Shown here: positions 1-13,200 of the stretch, piece after piece
How the letters are laid out: every line of letters begins with the position of its first letter
Position numbering within the stretch: the first letter of the stretch is position 1
NCBI GenBank assembly: GCA_950097015.1
Contig: CATNEN010000038.1
Span: forward strand, 13,206,001-13,270,000
Reading direction: 5' to 3'
DNA length: 64,000 bases
DNA from: Macrostomum hystrix
Taxonomy: Eukaryota > Animalia > Platyhelminthes
Notes under the pieces: model-generated
What the model was told of the DNA's origin: nothing
The model's input: only the letters and a program-made list of their open reading frames with translations
Databases searched by the model: none
Position numbers and translations under genes: made by a program

Positions 1-663
1 CTAGCCTGTTTGACTATATAAAGTGTTTTGATACACGCCTATTCATGAACAAGTGTAAATGAACATGTGCTGGCACACATCGCGTCATACTCATATTTTA
101 GGTATATTGCTAATATTCTAGAGATCAAGTATGTTTTCCTGATTAAAAAGTGCGTTAAAACACACCCCTGTAGGCAGATGCATCTGAAGCTTGTTGCTTG
201 CTCTGTGAACACGATATGGCTAGCTGCACTCGTGGATGGCGTTGGGCTGCGATAGCAGCACTAAATTACATTTGCAGCTCTAGCTAGCCTGCTTGACAGT
301 GACAAGCGGGTTGATTCAAGTGTAAAGAACAATTAGAGCACCTTGCTCACGTGCTTGAAGAGCTTAACGCGTGCTGCTGGCACACATCACGTCCACCTCA
401 TATTTCAGGAATATTGCTTATATTCTAAATATAGGGTTCTAGCTCGTTTTCTCGATTCATAATATCGTTCACAATTTCCCTGTCAGCAGATCTAGCGAAA
501 GCGTGTTGCTGGCGATGTGAACACGCTATAACTAGCTGCTCTCGTGGATAGAATAGGGCTGCTAAAGCAGTACAGAAATAACTTTTGCAGCTTTAGCTAG
601 CCTGTTTGACTATAAAGTGTTTTGATGCACGCCTATTCATGAACAAGTGTAAATGAACATGTG

Positions 664-1257
664 CTGGCACACATCGCGTCATACTCATATTTTAGGTATA
701 TTGCTAATATTCTAGAGATCAAGTATGTTTTCCTGATTAAAAAGTGCGTTAAAACACACCCCTGTAGGCAGATGCATCTGAAGCTTGTTGCTTGCTCTGT
801 GAACACGATATGGCTAGCTGCTCTCGTGGATCGCGTTGGGCTGCGATAGCAGCACTAAATTACATTTGCAGCTCTAGCTAGCCTGCTTGACAGTGACAAG
901 CGGGTTGATTCAAGTGTAAAGAACAATTAGAGCACCTTGCTCACGTGCTTGAAGAGCTTAACGCGTGCTGCTGGCACACATCACGTCCACCTCATATTTC
1001 AGGTATATTGCTAATATTCTGAATATAAGGTTCTAGCTCGTTTTCTCGATTCAGAATATCGTTCACAATTCCCCTGTCAGCAGATCTAGCGAAAGCTTGT
1101 TGCTGGCGATGCGAACACGCTATAACTAGCTGCTCTCGCGGATAGCGTAGGGCTGCTAAAGAAGTACAGAAATAACTTTTGCAGCTTTAGCTAGCCTGTT
1201 TACTATAAAAAGTGTTTTGATGCACGCCTATTCATGAACAAGTGTAAATGAACATGT
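664..1257 (+). repeat. Reference monomer: subunit A (664-970, 307 bp) + subunit B (971-1257, 287 bp)
   Basis: A starts ctggcacacatcgcgtcatactcatattttaggtatattgctaatattct; B starts ctggcacacatcacgtccacctcatatttcaggtatattgctaatattct. Colinear homology continues to ...gctagcctg(c/t)tt...ttgat(t/g)ca. Confidence 0.95.
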
Positions 1258-4200
1258 GCTGGCACACATCGCGTCTTTCTCATATTTTAGGTATATTGCT
1301 AATATTCTAGAGATCAAGTATGTTTTCCTGATTTAAAAGTGCGTTAAAACACACCCCTGTAGGCAGATGCATCTGAAGCTTGTTGCTTGCTCTGTGAACA
1401 CGATATGGCTAGCTGCTCTCGTGGATCGCGTTGGGCTGCGATAGCAGCACTAAATTACATTTGCAGCTCTAGCTAGCCTGCTTGACAGTGACAAGCGGGT
1501 TGATTCAAGTGTAAAGAACAATTAGAGCACCTTGCTCACGTGCTTGAAGAGCTTAACGCGTGCTGCTGGCACACATCACGTCCACCTCATATTTCAGGTA
1601 TATTGCTAATATTCTGAATATAAGGTTCTAGCTCGTTTTCTCGATTCAGAATATCTTTCACAATTCCCCTGTCAGCAGATCTAGCGAAAGCTTGTTGCTG
1701 GCGATGCGAACACGCTATAACTAGCTGCTCTCGCGGATAGCGTAGGGCTGCTAAAGAAGTACAGAAATAACTTTTGCAGCTTTTGCTAGCCTGTTTACTA
1801 TAAAAAGTGTTTTGATGCACGCCTATTCATGAACAAGTGTAAATGAACATGTGCTGGCACACATCGCGTCATACTCATATTTTAGGTATATTGCTAATAT
1901 TCTAGAGATCAAGTATGTTTTCCTGATTAAAAAGTGCGTTAAAACACACCCCTGTAGGCAGATGCATCTGAAGCTTGTTGCTTGCTCTGTGAGCACGATA
2001 TGGCTAGCTGCACTCATGGATCGCATTAGGCTGCGATAGCAGCACTAAATTACATTTGCAGCTCTAGCTAGCCTGCTTGACAGTGACAAGCGGGTTGATT
2101 CAAGTGTAAAGAACAATTAGAGCACCTTGCTCACGTGCTTGAAGAGCTTAACGCGTGCTGCTGGCACACATCACGTCAAACTCATCTTTCAGGTATATTG
2201 CTAAAATTCTAAATATATGGTTCTAGCCCGTTTTCTCGATTCATAATATCGTTCACAATTCCCCTGTCAGCAGATCTAGCGAAAGTGTGTTGCTGGCGAT
2301 GTGAACACGCTATGACTAGCTGCTCTCGCGGATTGCGTAGGGCTGCTAAAGCAGTACAGAAATAACTTTTGCAGCTTTAGCTAGCCTGTTTGACTATATA
2401 AAGTGTTTTGATGCACGCCTATTCATGAACAAGTGTAAATGAACATGTGCTGGCACACATCGCGTCATACTCATATTTTAGGTATATTGCTAATATTCTA
2501 GAGATCAAGTATGTTTTCCTGATTAAAAAGTGCGTTAAAACACACCCCTGTAGGCAGATGCATCTGAAGCTTGTTGCTTGCTCTGTGAACACGATATGGC
2601 TAGCTGCTCTCGTGGATCGCATTAGGCTGCGATAGCAGCACTAAATTACATTTGCAGCTCTAGCTAGCCTGCTTGACAGTGACAAGCGGGTTGATTCAAG
2701 TGTAAAGAACAATTAGAGCACCTTGCTCACGTGCTTGAAGAGCTTAACGCGTGCTGCTGGCACACATCACGTCCACCTCATATTTCAGGTATATTGCTAA
2801 TATTCTGAATATAAGGTTCTAGCTCGTTTTCTCGATTCAGAATATCGTTCACAATTCCCCTGTCAGCAGATCTAGCGAAAGCTTGTTGCTGGCGATGCGA
2901 ACACGCTATAACTAGCTGCTCTCGCGGATAGCGTAGGGCTGCTAAAGAAGTACAGAAATAACTTTTGCAGCTTTAGCTAGCCTGTTTACTATAAAAAGTG
3001 TTTTGATGCACGCCTATTCATGAACAAGTGTAAATGAACATGTGCTGGCACACATCGCGTCTTTCTCATATTTTAGGTATATTGCTAATATTCTAGAGAT
3101 CAAGTATGTTTTCCTGATTTAAAAGTGCGTTAAAACACACCCCTGTAGGCAGATGCATCTGAAGCTTGTTGCTTGCTCTGTGAACACGATATGGCTAGCT
3201 GCTCTCGTGGATCGCGTTGGGCTGCGATAGCAGCACTAAATTACATTTGCAGCTCTAGCTAGCCTGCTTGACAGTGACAAGCGGGTTGATTCAAGTGTAA
3301 AGAACAATTAGAGCACCTTGCTCACGTGCTTGAAGAGCTTAACGCGTGCTGCTGGCACACATCACGTCCACCTCATATTTCAGGTATATTGCTAATATTC
3401 TGAATATAAGGTTCTAGCTCGTTTTCTCGATTCAGAATATCTTTCACAATTCCCCTGTCAGCAGATCTAGCGAAAGCTTGTTGCTGGCGATGCGAACACG
3501 CTATAACTAGCTGCTCTCGCGGATAGCGTAGGGCTGCTAAAGAAGTACAGAAATAACTTTTGCAGCTTTTGCTAGCCTGTTTACTATAAAAAGTGTTTTG
3601 ATGCACGCCTATTCATGAACAAGTGTAAATGAACATGTGCTGGCACACATCGCGTCATACTCATATTTTAGGTATATTGCTAATATTCTAGAGATCAAGT
3701 ATGTTTTCCTGATTAAAAAGTGCGTTAAAACACACCCCTGTAGGCAGATGCATCTGAAGCTTGTTGCTTGCTCTGTGAGCACGATATGGCTAGCTGCACT
3801 CATGGATCGCATTAGGCTGCGATAGCAGCACTAAATTACATTTGCAGCTCTAGCTAGCCTGCTTGACAGTGACAAGCGGGTTGATTCAAGTGTAAAGAAC
3901 AATTAGAGCACCTTGCTCACGTGCTTGAAGAGCTTAACGCGTGCTGCTGGCACACATCACGTCAAACTCATCTTTCAGGTATATTGCTAAAATTCTAAAT
4001 ATATGGTTCTAGCCCGTTTTCTCGATTCATAATATCGTTCACAATTCCCCTGTCAGCAGATCTAGCGAAAGTGTGTTGCTGGCGATGTGAACACGCTATG
4101 ACTAGCTGCTCTCGCGGATTGCGTAGGGCTGCTAAAGCAGTACAGAAATAACTTTTGCAGCTTTAGCTAGCCTGTTTGACTATATAAAGTGTTTTGATGC

Positions 4201-7200
4201 ACGCCTATTCATGAACAAGTGTAAATGAACATGTGCTGGCACACATCGCGTCATACTCATATTTTAGGTATATTGCTAATATTCTAGAGATCAAGTATGT
4301 TTTCCTGATTAAAAAGTGCGTTAAAACACACCCCTGTAGGCAGATGCATCTGAAGCTTGTTGCTTGCTCTGTGAACACGATATGGCTAGCTGCACTCGTG
4401 GATGGCGTTGGGCTGCGATAGCAGCACTAAATTACATTTGCAGCTCTAGCTAGCCTGCTTGACAGTGACAAGCGGGTTGATTCAAGTGTAAAGAACAATT
4501 AGAGCACCTTGCTCACGTGCTTGAAGAGCTTAACGCGTGCTGCTGGCACACATCACGTCCACCTCATATTTCAGGTATATTGCTAATATTCTGAATATAA
4601 GGTTCTAGCTCGTTTTCTCGATTCAGAATATCGTTCACAATTCCCCTGTCAGCAGATCTAGCGAAAGCTTGTTGCTGGCGATGCGAACACGCTATAACTA
4701 GCTGCTCTCGCGGATAGCGTAGGGCTGCTAAAGAAGTACAGAAATAACTTTTGCAGCTTTTGCTAGCCTGTTTACTATAAAAAGTGTTTTGATGCACGCC
4801 TATTCATGAACAAGTGTAAATGAACATGTGCTGGCACACATCGCGTCATACTCATATTTTAGGTATATTGCTAATATTCTAGAGATCAAGTATGTTTTCC
4901 TGATTAATAAGTGCGTTAAAACACACCCCTGTAGGCAGATGCATCTGAAGCTTGTTGCTTGCTCTGTGAGCACGATATGGCTAGCTGCACTCATGGATCG
5001 CATTAGGCTGCGATAGCAGCACTAAATTACATTTGCAGCTCTAGCTAGCCTGCTTGACAGTGACAAGCGGGTTGATTCAAGTGTAAAGAACAATTAGAGC
5101 ACCTTGCTCACGTGCTTGAAGAGCTTAACGCGTGCTGCTGGCACACATCACGTCCACTTCATATTTCAGGTATATTGCTAAAATTCTGATTATAAGGTTC
5201 TAGCTCGTTTTCTCGATTCATAATATCGTTCACAATTTCCCTGTCAGCAGATCTAGCGAAAGCGTGTTGCTGGCGATGTGAACACGCTATAACTAGCTGC
5301 TCTCGTGGATAGAATAGGGCTGCTAAAGCAGTACAGAAATAACTTTTGCAGCTTTAGCTAGCCTGTTTGACTATAAAGTGTTTTGATGCACGCCTATTCA
5401 TGAACAAGTGTAAATGAACATGTGCTGGCACACATCGCGTCATACTCATATTTTAGGTAATTGCTAATATTCTAGACATCAAGTATGTTTTCCTGATTAA
5501 AAAGTGCGTTAAAACACACCCCTGTAGGCAGATGCATCTGAAGCTTGTTGCTTGCTCTGTGAACACGATATGGCTAGCTGCACTCGTGGATGGCGTTGGG
5601 CTGCGATAGCAGCACTAAATTACATTTGCAGCTCTAGCTAGCCTGCTTGACAGTGACAAGCGGGTTGATTCAAGTGTAAAGAACAATTAGAGCACCTTGC
5701 TCACGTGCTTGAAGAGCTTAACGCGTGCTGCTGGCACACATCACGTCAAACTCATATTTCAGGTATATTGCTAAAATTCTGATTATAAGGTTCTAGCCCG
5801 TTTTCTCGATTCATAATATCGTTCACAATTCCCCTGTCAGCAGATCTAGCGAAAGTGTGTTGCTGGCGATGTGAACACGCTATGACTAGCTGCTCTCGCG
5901 GATTGCGTAGGGCTGCTAAAGAAGTACAGAAATAACTTTTGCAGCTTTAGCTAGCCTGTTTGACTATATAAAGTGTTTTGATGCACGCCTATTCATGAAC
6001 AAGTGTAAATGAACATGTGCTGGCACACATCGCGTCATACTCATATTTTAGGTATATTGCTAATATTCTAGAGATCAATTATGTTTTCCTGATTAAAAAG
6101 TGCGTTAAAACACACCCCTGTAGGCAGATGCATCTGAAGCTTGTTGCTTGCTCTGTGAACACGATATGGCTAGCTGCACTCGTGGATGGCGTTGGGCTGC
6201 GATAGCAGCACTAAATTACATTTGCAGCTCTAGCTAGCCTGCTTGACAGTGACAAGCGGGTTGATTCAAGTGTAAAGAACAATTAGAGCACCTTGCTCAC
6301 GTGCTTGAAGAGCTTAACGCGTGCTGCTGGCACACATCACGTCCACCTCATATTTCAGGAATATTGCTTATATTCTAAATATAGGGTTCTAGCTCGTTTT
6401 CTCGATTCATAATATCGTTCACAATTTCCCTGTCAGCAGATCTAGCGAAAGCGTGTTGCTGGCGATGTGAACACGCTATAACTAGCTGCTCTCGTGGATA
6501 GAATAGGGCTGCTAAAGAAGTACAGAAATAACTTTTGCAGCTTTAGCTAGCCTGTTTGACTATAAAGTGTTTTGATGCACGCCTATTCATGAACAAGTGT
6601 AAATGAACATGTGCTGGCACACATCGCGTCATACTCATATTTTAGGTATATTGCTAATATTCTAGAGATCAAGTATGTTTTCCTGATTAAAAAGTTCGTT
6701 AAAACACACCCCTGTAGGCAGATGCATCTGAAGCTTGTTGCTTGCTCTGTGAACACGATATGGCTAGCTGCTCTCGTGGATCGCGTTGGGCTGCGATAGC
6801 AGCACTAAATTACATTTGCAGCTCTAGCTAGCCTGCTTGACAGTGACAAGCGGGTTGATTCAAGTGTAAAGAACAATTAGAGCACCTTGCTCACGTGCTT
6901 GAAGAGCTTAACGCGTGCTGCTGGCACACATCACGTCCACCTCATATTTCAGGTATATTGCTAATATTCTGAATATAAGGTTCTAGCTCGTTTTCTCGAT
7001 TCAGAATATCGTTCACAATTCCCCTGTCAGCAGATCTAGCGAAAGCTTGTTGCTGGCGATGCGAACACGCTATAACTAGCTGCTCTCGCGGATAGCGTAG
7101 GGCTGCTAAAGAAGTACAGAAATAACTTTTGCAGCTTTTGCTAGCCTGTTTACTATAAAAAGTGTTTTGATGCACGCCTATTCATGAACAAGTGTAAATG

Positions 7201-10200
7201 AACATGTGCTGGCACACATCGCGTCTTTCTCATATTTTAGGTATATTGCTAATATTCTAGAGATCAAGTATGTTTTCCTGATTTAAAAGTGCGTTAAAAC
7301 ACACCCCTGTAGGCAGATGCATCTGAAGCTTGTTGCTTGCTCTGTGAACACGATATGGCTAGCTGCTCTCGTGGATCGCGTTGGGCTGCGATAGCAGCAC
7401 TAAATTACATTTGCAGCTCTAGCTAGCCTGCTTGACAGTGACAAGCGGGTTGATTCAAGTGTAAAGAACAATTAGAGCACCTTGCTCACGTGCTTGAAGA
7501 GCTTAACGCGTGCTGCTGGCACACATCACGTCCACCTCATATTTCAGGTATATTGCTAATATTCTGAATATAAGGTTCTAGCTCGTTTTCTCGATTCAGA
7601 ATATCGTTCACAATTCCCCTGTCAGCAGATCTAGCGAAAGCTTGTTGCTGGCGATGCGAACACGCTATAACTAGCTGCTCTCGCGGATAGCGTAGGGCTG
7701 CTAAAGAAGTACAGAAATAACTTTTGCAGCTTTTGCTAGCCTGTTTACTATAAAAAGTGTTTTGATGCACGCCTATTCATGAACAAGTGTAAATGAACAT
7801 GTGCTGGCACACATCGCGTCATACTCATATTTTAGGTAATTGCTAATATTCTAGACATCAAATATGTTTTCCTGATTAAAAAGTGCGTTAAAACACACCC
7901 CTGTAGGCAGATGCATCTGAAGCTTGTTGCTTGCTCTGTGAACACGATATGGCTAGCTGCTATCGCGGATAGCGTTGGGCTGCGATAGCAGCACTAAATT
8001 ACATTTGCAGCTCTAGCTAGCCTGCTTGACAGTGACAAGCGGGTTGATTCAAGTGTAAAGAACAATTAGAGCACCTTGCTCACGTGCTTGAAGAGCTTAA
8101 CGCGTGCTGCTGGCACACATCACGTCAAACTCATCTTTCAGGTATATTGCTAAAATTCTAAATATATGGTTCTAGCCCGTTTTCTCGATTCATAATATCG
8201 TTCACAATTCCCCTGTCAGCAGATCTAGCGAAAGCGTGTTGCTGGCGATGTGAACACGCTATGACTAGCTGCTCTCGCGGATTGCGTACGGCTGCTAAAG
8301 CAGTACAGAAATAACTTTTGCAGCTTTAGCTAGCCTGTTTGACTATATAAAGTGTTTTGATGCACGCCTATTCATGAACAAGTGTAAATGAACATGTGCT
8401 GGCACACATCGCGTCTTTCTCATATTTTAGGTATATTGCTAATATTCTAGAGATCAAGTATGTTTTCCTGATTTAAAAGTGCGTTAAAACACACCCCTGT
8501 AGGCAGATGCATCTGAAGCTTGTTGCTTGCTCTGTGAACACGATATGGCTAGCTGCTCTCGTGGATCGCGTTGGGCTGCGATAGCAGCACTAAATTACAT
8601 TTGCAGCTCTAGCTAGCCTGCTTGACAGTGACAAGCGGGTTGATTCAAGTGTAAAGAACAATTAGAGCACCTTGCTCACGTGCTTGAAGAGCTTAACGCG
8701 TGCTGCTGGCACACATCACGTCCACCTCATATTTCAGGTATATTGCTAATATTCTGAATATAAGGTTCTAGCTCGTTTTCTCGATTCAGAATATCTTTCA
8801 CAATTCCCCTGTCAGCAGATCTAGCGAAAGCTTGTTGCTGGCGATGCGAACACGCTATAACTAGCTGCTCTCGCGGATAGCGTAGGGCTGCTAAAGAAGT
8901 ACAGAAATAACTTTTGCAGCTTTTGCTAGCCTGTTTACTATAAAAAGTGTTTTGATGCACGCCTATTCATGAACAAGTGTAAATGAACATGTGCTGGCAC
9001 ACATCGCGTCATACTCATATTTTAGGTATATTGCTAATATTCTAGAGATCAAGTATGTTTTCCTGATTAAAAAGTGCGTTAAAACACACCCCTGTAGGCA
9101 GATGCATCTGAAGCTTGTTGCTTGCTCTGTGAGCACGATATGGCTAGCTGCACTCATGGATCGCATTAGGCTGCGATAGCAGCACTAAATTACATTTGCA
9201 GCTCTAGCTAGCCTGCTTGACAGTGACAAGCGGGTTGATTCAAGTGTAAAGAACAATTAGAGCACCTTGCTCACGTGCTTGAAGAGCTTAACGCGTGCTG
9301 CTGGCACACATCACGTCAAACTCATCTTTCAGGTATATTGCTAAAATTCTAAATATATGGTTCTAGCCCGTTTTCTCGATTCATAATATCGTTCACAATT
9401 CCCCTGTCAGCAGATCTTGCGAAAGTGTGTTGCTGGCGATGTGAACACGCTATGACTAGCTGCTCTCGCGGATTGCGTAGGGCTGCTAAAGCAGTACAGA
9501 AAAAACTTTTGCAGCTTTAGCTAGCCTGTTTGACTATATAAAGTGTTTTGATGCACGCCTATTCATGAACAAGTGTAAATGAACATGTGCTGGCACACAT
9601 CGCGTCATACTCATATTTTAGGTATATTGCTAATATTCTAGAGATCAAGTATGTTTTCCTGATTAAAAAGTGCGTTAAAACACACCCCTGTAGGCAGATG
9701 CATCTGAAGCTTGTTGCTTGCTCTGTGAACACGATATGGCTAGCTGCACTCGTGGATGGCAGTTGGGCTGCGATAGCAGCACTAAATTACATTTGCAGCT
9801 CTAGCTAGCCTGCTTGACAGTGACAAGCGGGTTGATTCAAGTGTAAAGAACAATTAGAGCACCTTGCTCACGTGCTTGAAGAGCTTAACGCGTGCTGCTG
9901 GCACACATCACGTCCACCTCATATTTCAGGTAATATTGCTTAATATTCTAAATATAGGGTTCTAGCTCGTTTTCTCGATTCATAATATCGTTCACAATTT
10001 CCCTGTCAGCAGATCTAGCGAAAGCGTGTTGCTGGCGATGTGAACACGCTATAACTAGCTGCTCTCGTGGATAGAATAGGGCTGCTAAAGCAGTACAGAA
10101 ATAACTTTTGCAGCTTTAGCTAGCCTGTTTGACTATAAAGTGTTTTGATGCACGCCTATTCATGAACAAGTGTAAATGAACATGTGCTGGCACACATCGC

Positions 10201-13200
10201 GTCATACTCATATTTTAGGTAATTGCTAATATTCTAGACATCAAATATGTTTTCCTGATTAAAAAGTGCGTTAAAACACACCCCTGTAGGCAGATGCATC
10301 TGAAGCTTGTTGCTTGCTCTGTGAACACGATATGGCTAGCTGCTCTCGTGGATCGCGTTGGGCTGCGATAGCAGCACTAAATTACATTTGCAGCTCTAGC
10401 TAGCCTGCTTGACAGTGACAAGCGGGTTGATTCAAGTGTAAAGAACAATTAGAGCACCTTGCTCACGTGCTTGAAGAGCTTAACGCGTGCTGCTGGCACA
10501 CATCACGTCCACCTCATATTTCAGGTATATTGCTAATATTCTGAATATAAGGTTCTAGCTCGTTTTCTCGATTCAGAATATCGTTCACAATTCCCCTGTC
10601 AGCAGATCTAGCGAAAGCTTGTTGCTGGCGATGCGAACACGCTATAACTAGCTGCTCTCGCGGATAGCGTAGGGCTGCTAAAGAAGTACAGAAATAACTT
10701 TTGCAGCTTTTGCTAGCCTGTTTACTATAAAAAGTGTTTTGATGCACGCCTATTCATGAACAAGTGTAAATGAACATGTGCTGGCACACATCGCGTCTTT
10801 CTCATATTTTAGGTATATTGCTAATATTCTAGAGATCAAGTATGTTTTCCTGATTTAAAAGTGCGTTAAAACACACCCCTGTAGGCAGATGCATCTGAAG
10901 CTTGTTGCTTGCTCTGTGAACACGATATGGCTAGCTGCTCTCGTGGATCGCGTTGGGCTGCGATAGCAGCACTAAATTACATTTGCAGCTCTAGCTAGCC
11001 TGCTTGACAGTGACAAGCGGGTTGATTCAAGTGTAAAGAACAATTAGAGCACCTTGCTCACGTGCTTGAAGAGCTTAACGCGTGCTGCTGGCACACATCA
11101 CGTCCACCTCATATTTCAGGTATATTGCTAATATTCTGAATATAAGGTTCTAGCTCGTTTTCTCGATTCAGAATATCGTTCACAATTCCCCTGTCAGCAG
11201 ATCTAGCGAAAGCTTGTTGCTGGCGATGCGAACACGCTATAACTAGCTGCTCTCGCGGATAGCGTAGGGCTGCTAAAGAAGTACAGAAATAACTTTTGCA
11301 GCTTTTGCTAGCCTGTTTACTATAAAAAGTGTTTTGATGCACGCCTATTCATGAACAAGTGTAAATGAACATGTGCTGGCACACATCGCGTCATACTCAT
11401 ATTTTAGGTAATTGCTAATATTCTAGACATCAAATATGTTTTCCTGATTAAAAAGTGCGTTAAAACACACCCCTGTAGGCAGATGCATCTGAAGCTTGTT
11501 GCTTGCTCTGTGAACACGATATGGCTAGCTGCTATCGCGGATAGCGTTGGGCTGCGATAGCAGCACTAAATTACATTTGCAGCTCTAGCTAGCCTGCTTG
11601 ACAGTGACAAGCGGGTTGATTCAAGTGTAAAGAACAATTAGAGCACCTTGCTCACGTGCTTGAAGAGCTTAACGCGTGCTGCTGGCACACATCACGTCAA
11701 ACTCATCTTTCAGGTATATTGCTAAAATTCTAAATATATGGTTCTAGCCCGTTTTCTCGATTCATAATATCGTTCACAATTCCCCTGTCAGCAGATCTAG
11801 CGAAAGCGTGTTGCTGGCGATGTGAACACGCTATGACTAGCTGCTCTCGCGGATTGCGTACGGCTGCTAAAGCAGTACAGAAATAACTTTTGCAGCTTTA
11901 GCTAGCCTGTTTGACTATATAAAGTGTTTTGATGCACGCCTATTCATGAACAAGTGTAAATGAACATGTGCTGGCACACATCGCGTCATACTCATATTTT
12001 AGGTATATTGCTAATATTCTAGAGATCAAGTATGTTTTCCTGATTAAAAAGTGCGTTAAAACACACCCCTGTAGGCAGATGCATCTGAAGCTTGTTGCTT
12101 GCTCTGTGAACACGATATGGCTAGCTGCACTCGTGGATGGCGTTGGGCTGCGATAGCAGCACTAAATTACATTTGCAGCTCTAGCTAGCCTGCTTGACAG
12201 TGACAAGCGGGTTGATTCAAGTGTAAAGAACAATTAGAGCACCTTGCTCACGTGCTTGAAGAGCTTAACGCGTGCTGCTGGCACACATCACGTCCACCTC
12301 ATATTTCAGGTATATTGCTAATATTCTGAATATAAGGTTCTAGCTCGTTTTCTCGATTCAGAATATCTTTCACAATTCCCCTGTCAGCAGATCTAGCGAA
12401 AGCTTGTTGCTGGCGATGCGAACACGCTATAACTAGCTGCTCTCGCGGATAGCGTAGGGCTGCTAAAGAAGTACAGAAATAACTTTTGCAGCTTTTGCTA
12501 GCCTGTTTACTATAAAAAGTGTTTTGATGCATGCCTATTCATGAACAAGTGTAAATGAACATGTGCTGGCACACATCGCGTCATACTCATATTTTAGGTA
12601 TATTGCTAATATTCTAGAGATCAAGTATGTTTTCCTGATTTAAAAGTGCGTTAAAACACACCCCTGTAGGCAGATGCATCTGAAGCTTGTTGCTTGCTCT
12701 GTGAACACGATATGGCTAGCTGCTCTCGTGGATCGCGTTGGGCTGCGATAGCAGCACTAAATTACATTTGCAGCTCTAGCTAGCCTGCTTGACAGTGACA
12801 AGCGGGTTGATTCAAGTGTAAAGAACAATTAGAGCACCTTGCTCACGTGCTTGAAGAGCTTAACGCGTGCTGCTGGCACACATCACGTCCACCTCATATT
12901 TCAGGTATATTGCTAATATTCTGAATATAAGGTTCTAGCTCGTTTTCTCGATTCAGAATATCTTTCACAATTCCCCTGTCAGCAGATCTAGCGAAAGCTT
13001 GTTGCTGGCGATGCGAACACGCTATAACTAGCTGCTCTCGCGGATAGCGTAGGGCTGCTAAAGAAGTACAGAAATAACTTTTGCAGCTTTTGCTAGCCTG
13101 TTTACTATAAAAAGTGTTTTGATGCACGCCTATTCATGAACAAGTGTAAATGAACATGTGCTGGCACACATCGCGTCATACTCATATTTTAGGTAATTGC

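Noticed and set aside
1-600. CENP-B box in the monomer
   Set aside because: No match seen to the TTCG-N4-A-N2-CGGG core on either strand.
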